Assembly (NCBI GenBank): GCA_949298065.1
Contig: CASFUZ010000001.1
Span: 101,473-165,472, forward strand
From: an uncultured Pseudomonadota bacterium
GTDB taxonomy: Bacteria; Pseudomonadota; Alphaproteobacteria; RF32; CAG-239
Direction of reading: 5' to 3'
DNA: 64,000 nt
Below, piece by piece: positions 60,347-64,000 of the stretch (position 1 is its first letter; every line of letters begins with the position of its first letter). The notes under the pieces were generated by a model, which saw only the letters and a list, made by a program, of their open reading frames with translations, did not search any database and was not told where the DNA came from. The position numbers and the translations under genes were made by a program.

Positions 60347-60374
60347 ATTATAAAGAGAATTTGCTAATTTTCAA
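60347..60374 (-). promoter_or_regulatory. sigma70 promoter of the leader/HTH transcript
   Basis: TTGAAA-N16-TATAAT on the minus strand just before the 5' hairpin. Confidence 0.65.
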
Positions 60375-60397
60375 TGAAGATTTTTAAATAGATATAG

Positions 60398-60481
60398 GGC
60401 ACAATCTCACGATATGCACAAAGGAAGCAACGCGTTTCAACAAAGGTTCGCGCCACAGCCAGTGTCGCGGTCAAGCTGGCT
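60398..60481. repeat. Direct repeat copy 2 flanking the HTH cassette
   Basis: Copy of 59748-59847 offset by 650 bp, with a shorter internal loop. Confidence 0.85.
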
Positions 60482-60550
60482 ACAGCTTGAAAAACTCGGC
60501 TGGTGGAATTTATAGAGTAATTTCTAGAGGTGATAAAAATTTTAGCGCAC

Positions 60551-60676
60551 AAAAACTCGGATAGCGCGGCAGATAATAAGAAACAAGGGGAAAATTTTTT
60601 GAGTGTACAAAAACAGTACACGACTAAAAATTTTACCCCGCAGTTTCTGTATTAGGTGCCCGCTAGACGAGTTTTT
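60551..60676. repeat. Diverged RPE-like palindromic element after fliE
   Basis: AAAAACTCG...CGAGTTTTT ends; shares ATAATAAGAA, GTAC-loop-GTAC and TTCTGTATTAG with the mutL array. Confidence 0.75.
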
Positions 60677-60989
60677 ACATCGGCATAGACATAATCTCTT
60701 TATAAGCCTTTATGGCTGAATCGCGTACGGCAACGACTGTCTCAAGTGCCATCTGGGCATTGGATACGGCTAAGACCACATCTTGAATGTCTGCTTTGCC
60801 TGAAATTCCGTTTATGGCAAGCTGCTCGCTTTGTTTGGATAAGTCAACGGTGGTTGTCAGAGCTTCCTTAACCATATCCTGGAAACCTGTTTTTTCTGCA
60901 GGTTTGGATTCAGCTGCCGGAAGTTTTGCCCCTATTCTGCCGAGAGCTTGCTGATAAGCATTAAGTGCACTGTTAATATTATTTGTCAA
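60675..60989 (-). CDS. fliE: Flagellar hook-basal body protein FliE
   Basis: DVVLAVSNAQMALETVVAVRD...AYKEIMSMPM; TTG start; after flgC. Confidence 0.93.
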   Translation of the reverse strand: MTNNINSALNAYQQALGRIGAKLPAAESKPAEKTGFQDMVKEALTTTVDLSKQSEQLAINGISGKADIQDVVLAVSNAQMALETVVAVRDSAIKAYKEIMSMPM

Positions 60990-61006
60990 TGTTTTTCCCC
61001 TTTAAC

Positions 61007-61420
61007 TTACTTCAAAACATCAAGAATACTGCTGTTCATATCACGCGCAGTTTGCATCATACTCATATTAGCTTCATAGCTGCGTTGCGCTTCTTTCATA
61101 TCCATCATCTCAATCAGCGGATTAACGTTTGGCATAGCCACATATCCCTGCTCGTTTGCCGCCGGATGATTAGGCATATATTTCATCTGAAACTCTGACT
61201 TATCCGGCACAACCTTGTCAACTTTAACCATCTGCGCGCCGGTTTCTTTATCAATATAGTTTTTGAACGTAACCACTTGGCGGCGGTACGGATCTTCGCC
61301 CGGGCGGATACCGACAGAGTCGGCATTAGCCATATTCTCGGAGATAACGCGCAAGCGCTCGGCTTGGGCTTTCATACCCGAGACGGCAATATCTGCACTT
61401 ACTGACAAATTTCCGGCCAT
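61007..61420 (-). CDS. flgC: Flagellar basal-body rod protein FlgC
   Basis: ISENMANADS, PYRRQ, HPAA, MPNVN and RSYEAN. Confidence 0.96.
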   Translation of the reverse strand: MAGNLSVSADIAVSGMKAQAERLRVISENMANADSVGIRPGEDPYRRQVVTFKNYIDKETGAQMVKVDKVVPDKSEFQMKYMPNHPAANEQGYVAMPNVNPLIEMMDMKEAQRSYEANMSMMQTARDMNSSILDVLK

Positions 61421-61435
61421 AATCCGTTATCCCTT

Positions 61436-61837
61436 CTATGAACCAGGCTCTGTATTAGCGGTTTTAAGCATATTGCGATAGGTAGTATAAATCGTGAGCA
61501 TACGATTATAATCGCCTTTAGTCTCCGCCACTTTGTTAAGCTGGTCTTCAATAATGACACCGTTACCGTCAATGGTTAAAGCATAATCGGGCTTTGGCGT
61601 ATAAATCCCGTTTGAGGAAATTTGCGACGGCAAAGCGGCAAAATGCTTTTCATTAGTAACATTAACGGTAAGAGCTTTTTTGAGTTCATCTTGAAATTTG
61701 GGTTCTTCCAAATCTTTGGCAATATAACCCGGTGTATTGGAGTTTGCCAGATTCGTAGCCAAAACCTTCTGACGCTCGGTCAGATAGTTGAGCTCTTGGT
61801 TTGCCATATTAAAAATGGTCAAATTGTTCAAATCCAT
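61436..61837 (-). CDS. flgB: Flagellar basal-body rod protein FlgB
   Basis: RQKVLATNLANSNTPGY and DGNGV; start moved to ATG 61837. Confidence 0.93.
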   Translation of the reverse strand: MDLNNLTIFNMANQELNYLTERQKVLATNLANSNTPGYIAKDLEEPKFQDELKKALTVNVTNEKHFAALPSQISSNGIYTPKPDYALTIDGNGVIIEDQLNKVAETKGDYNRMLTIYTTYRNMLKTANTEPGS

Positions 61838-61890
61838 GCAAATTCCCCTTTTGCAATATTGTAAGGTTACGTCCCCACATAACCCAAACA

Positions 61891-61906
61891 TGCAATAAAT
61901 ATGCCA
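61891..61906 (-). promoter_or_regulatory. sigma54 (-24/-12) promoter of flgBC-fliE
   Basis: Minus-strand TGGCAT-ATTTA-TTGCA fits TGGCAC-N5-TTGCW. Confidence 0.75.
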
Positions 61907-61972
61907 AATAAAAACCCTTGCCAAATAAGCTGCCTGAAACTACAATTAAAGCAACCAACAAGGAATGGCACC

Positions 61973-62296
61973 ATGTCTGAACAAGATAATAACAAAAAAA
62001 CAACCAAAGACAACGACGCAGATATTTTGTCCACAGATTATGCTGTTGCGCTCGGCTATGACAGCAAACAAAACGCCGCACCGAAAGTTTTAGCCAAAGG
62101 GCAAGGACATATTGCGCAAAAGATTGTGCAAATCGCCATTGATGAAGGCATTGAGATTCGTCAAGATGCTGATTTATTGCAGATTCTCAAAGCTGTAGAT
62201 ATTGATGAAGAAATTCCGGTTGAAGCTTTTGCTGCCGTTGCCGAAATCATTTCTTATGTTTATCAGGTCAACAATAAAGAATTACCCGAAAGTTAG
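61973..62296 (+). CDS. FlhB C-terminal-like export switch protein (EscU/YscU/HrcU family)
   Basis: AVALGY, APKVLAKG and EEIP...AVAEIISYVY; divergent from flgB. Confidence 0.88.
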   Translation: MSEQDNNKKTTKDNDADILSTDYAVALGYDSKQNAAPKVLAKGQGHIAQKIVQIAIDEGIEIRQDADLLQILKAVDIDEEIPVEAFAAVAEIISYVYQVNNKELPES

Positions 62297-63504
62297 GCCA
62301 TTTTTTCAAAAATTGCCAAGAAAAACCCGTCTGTATTGGTCAAAAGCGGTGAAAAACGCAAAAATTCGGTATTTTTTGCCGGATAAGGCGCATCAATTTT
62401 TTGTTGCCAAAGTTGCTTTAAGTCAATATAGCGAACATTTTTGTGTCTTTGCGCAAAAACGGAAACAATATTTTCATCTTCATCCGGCAAAATAGAACAA
62501 GTGATATAGACGATGCGCCCGCCAACCTTCGTATTTTCCAATGCAAATTCAAGCAGTTGAGACTGAATTTTGGTTAATTCGCTTAATTTTTCGGGCGTTA
62601 GGCGAAATTTTGCATCAGGTGATCTGCGCCAAGTTCCTGTTCCCGAGCAAGGGGCATCTATAATAAAGCGGTCATAATCTTTGCCGCTCAACTCCCGAAC
62701 CGGTACCACATTTTTAATATTCAGCCTCTCTAAACGCGGTTTGATTTGTTCCAAACGGTGCCAGTCAATATCATGCGCCTCAATTTTGCCTTTACCATTC
62801 AAGAGAGAAGCTATTGCCAAACTTTTTCCGCCTGCTCCGGCGCAATAATCAATAACTTTGTGCTCAGGCTTAACATCACACAAAATAGCCGCCAACTGCG
62901 AGGCTTCATCCTGAACTTCAACCACACCTTCTTTATAAGCAATACAGTTGTTCAGGTTCACCCTTTCGCTTGAGCGGATGCCAATGGGAGAATAAGGTGT
63001 CGGCGCAAAAAACAAACCTTCACGCCGCAAGTCTTGCAAAACTTGCTCCCTTGAACTGGAATTGACACGCAAATCCGCACTTGCCGGCTCGTTTAAGGAT
63101 TTAAGCAACGCAACATCTTTAATTTTTGCAAACAACCACTCCGGACATTCCGATTCCACATCAACAGGATAAACCTCTTCCTTCAAGTTTTTCATCCAGA
63201 TTTTTTCTTCTTTACTCAAGGCTGGCGGTGCATATTCCCCTGCCCCGAAAATCAAATCCAAATCCTCATCTTTCAGAAAAACAAGCAAAATCTTGCGTGC
63301 TTCTTTTGAGCCTGCCTCAAACTCAAGCCGCCGCCGATGCCTGATAATCTTCCACACGGTTTCGGTAATAAAACGTCTGTCGCCGGAGCCGATATATTTT
63401 CGCTCGCGCAAATAATTATTGATAATTCCGTCTGCCGGACTTTTATCCTTAAAAATTTCGCCAATAAGTTCCAAAACGGCATTATAGCGCGCAGCCTGTT
63501 GCAT
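62293..63504 (-). CDS. RsmB/NOP family RNA m5C methyltransferase
   Basis: VQDEASQ, DYCAGAGGKS, DAPCSGTGTWRR, YITCS and DGFF. Confidence 0.93.
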   Translation of the reverse strand: MQQAARYNAVLELIGEIFKDKSPADGIINNYLRERKYIGSGDRRFITETVWKIIRHRRRLEFEAGSKEARKILLVFLKDEDLDLIFGAGEYAPPALSKEEKIWMKNLKEEVYPVDVESECPEWLFAKIKDVALLKSLNEPASADLRVNSSSREQVLQDLRREGLFFAPTPYSPIGIRSSERVNLNNCIAYKEGVVEVQDEASQLAAILCDVKPEHKVIDYCAGAGGKSLAIASLLNGKGKIEAHDIDWHRLEQIKPRLERLNIKNVVPVRELSGKDYDRFIIDAPCSGTGTWRRSPDAKFRLTPEKLSELTKIQSQLLEFALENTKVGGRIVYITCSILPDEDENIVSVFAQRHKNVRYIDLKQLWQQKIDAPYPAKNTEFLRFSPLLTNTDGFFLAIFEKMA

Positions 63505-63540
63505 TTTTTACTCCTCAAAAATTTTTTCTACTATAAACGC

Positions 63541-63577
63541 CAAAGGCCTTAAAAGCAATCTGCTTTTAAGGCCTTTG
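63541..63577 (-). terminator. Terminator-like hairpin
   Basis: CAAAGGCCTTAAAAGCA-ATC-TGCTTTTAAGGCCTTTG perfect inverted repeat after the partial ORF. Confidence 0.7.
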
Positions 63578-63581
63578 AACA

Positions 63582-64000
63582 TTATTCGTCTTCTATAGAG
63601 CGGAAATACATCGCTCTGTAGGAATTAAAATTCTCACTTTGCGATTCCGCATAGAAAGCATTTTCCAACGCTATTCCTTCATTGCAGATGACATCGCGCT
63701 CTTCAATGCGATCTTCTTTAGCGCAAAGCTGCAGCTCATTTTTGAACCATTTTTTTTGCACCATAAAACACCTTGATTGCCGCCTAACAGTCGTATATCT
63801 GCTAAACGGATCTTTAAACGAGGTGTATTTCAGCACAAAACGGACAAATTCACCGGCCACAATCGGCTTAACAGATGAGACCAGCCCACGAGAAATGACG
63901 TACAACTTTCCCGAAAACGGCTGATAAATACCATACATCTGCTTATCTTCTTGGCGCAAAAGCAACCAAAAAACCGCATGCGTTCCATCATCTTTCAAAG
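63582..64000 (-). CDS. Hypothetical protein (probably 5'-truncated by the window edge)
   Basis: Reading frame open to the window end; no recognisable motif. Confidence 0.55.
   Translation of the reverse strand, partial: LKDDGTHAVFWLLLRQEDKQMYGIYQPFSGKLYVISRGLVSSVKPIVAGEFVRFVLKYTSFKDPFSRYTTVRRQSRCFMVQKKWFKNELQLCAKEDRIEERDVICNEGIALENAFYAESQSENFNSYRAMYFRSIEDE

Overview
A 64-kb chromosomal segment of an alphaproteobacterium. The evidence is the conserved blocks mltB-rlpA-dacA-tmk-holB-tatD-MBL and lspA-DUF3035-M16-M16-mutL, an alpha-type LexA box at recA and a sigma54 promoter at flgBC-fliE. Rnf, an Fe-ADH and several genes that look Bacteroidota- or Firmicutes-derived suggest an anaerobic gut lineage such as RF32 (inference). 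Most of the window is housekeeping genes plus three tRNAs (Ser-GCT, Ser-TGA, Leu-GAG). The main accessory feature is a ~7.6-kb AT-rich element (42417-50001) integrated at the 3' end of tRNA-Ser(TGA), bounded by a 21-bp att direct repeat. It carries a tyrosine integrase, two convergent serine recombinases (Tn3-type resolvase with a res site; Mpi-family invertase beside a candidate invertible promoter), SHOCT/membrane cargo and two conserved-looking unknown proteins. No Rep, relaxase or phage structural gene is recognisable. Its left end has a promoter-preceded, GC-elevated, heavily base-paired ~300-nt non-coding region followed by repeat/hairpin/AT-rich/DNA-hairpin modules. I propose this as a candidate undescribed large ncRNA, possibly an RNA-primed origin. 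Other non-coding features: a Rickettsia palindromic element (RPE-1)-like hairpin family with covariation (after mutL and fliE), a direct-repeat-bounded cassette with a C4-antisense-like attenuator leader and an XRE HTH gene, and an inverted hairpin pair at 6.2-6.6 kb. All family assignments come from motif recognition by eye, with no database search.
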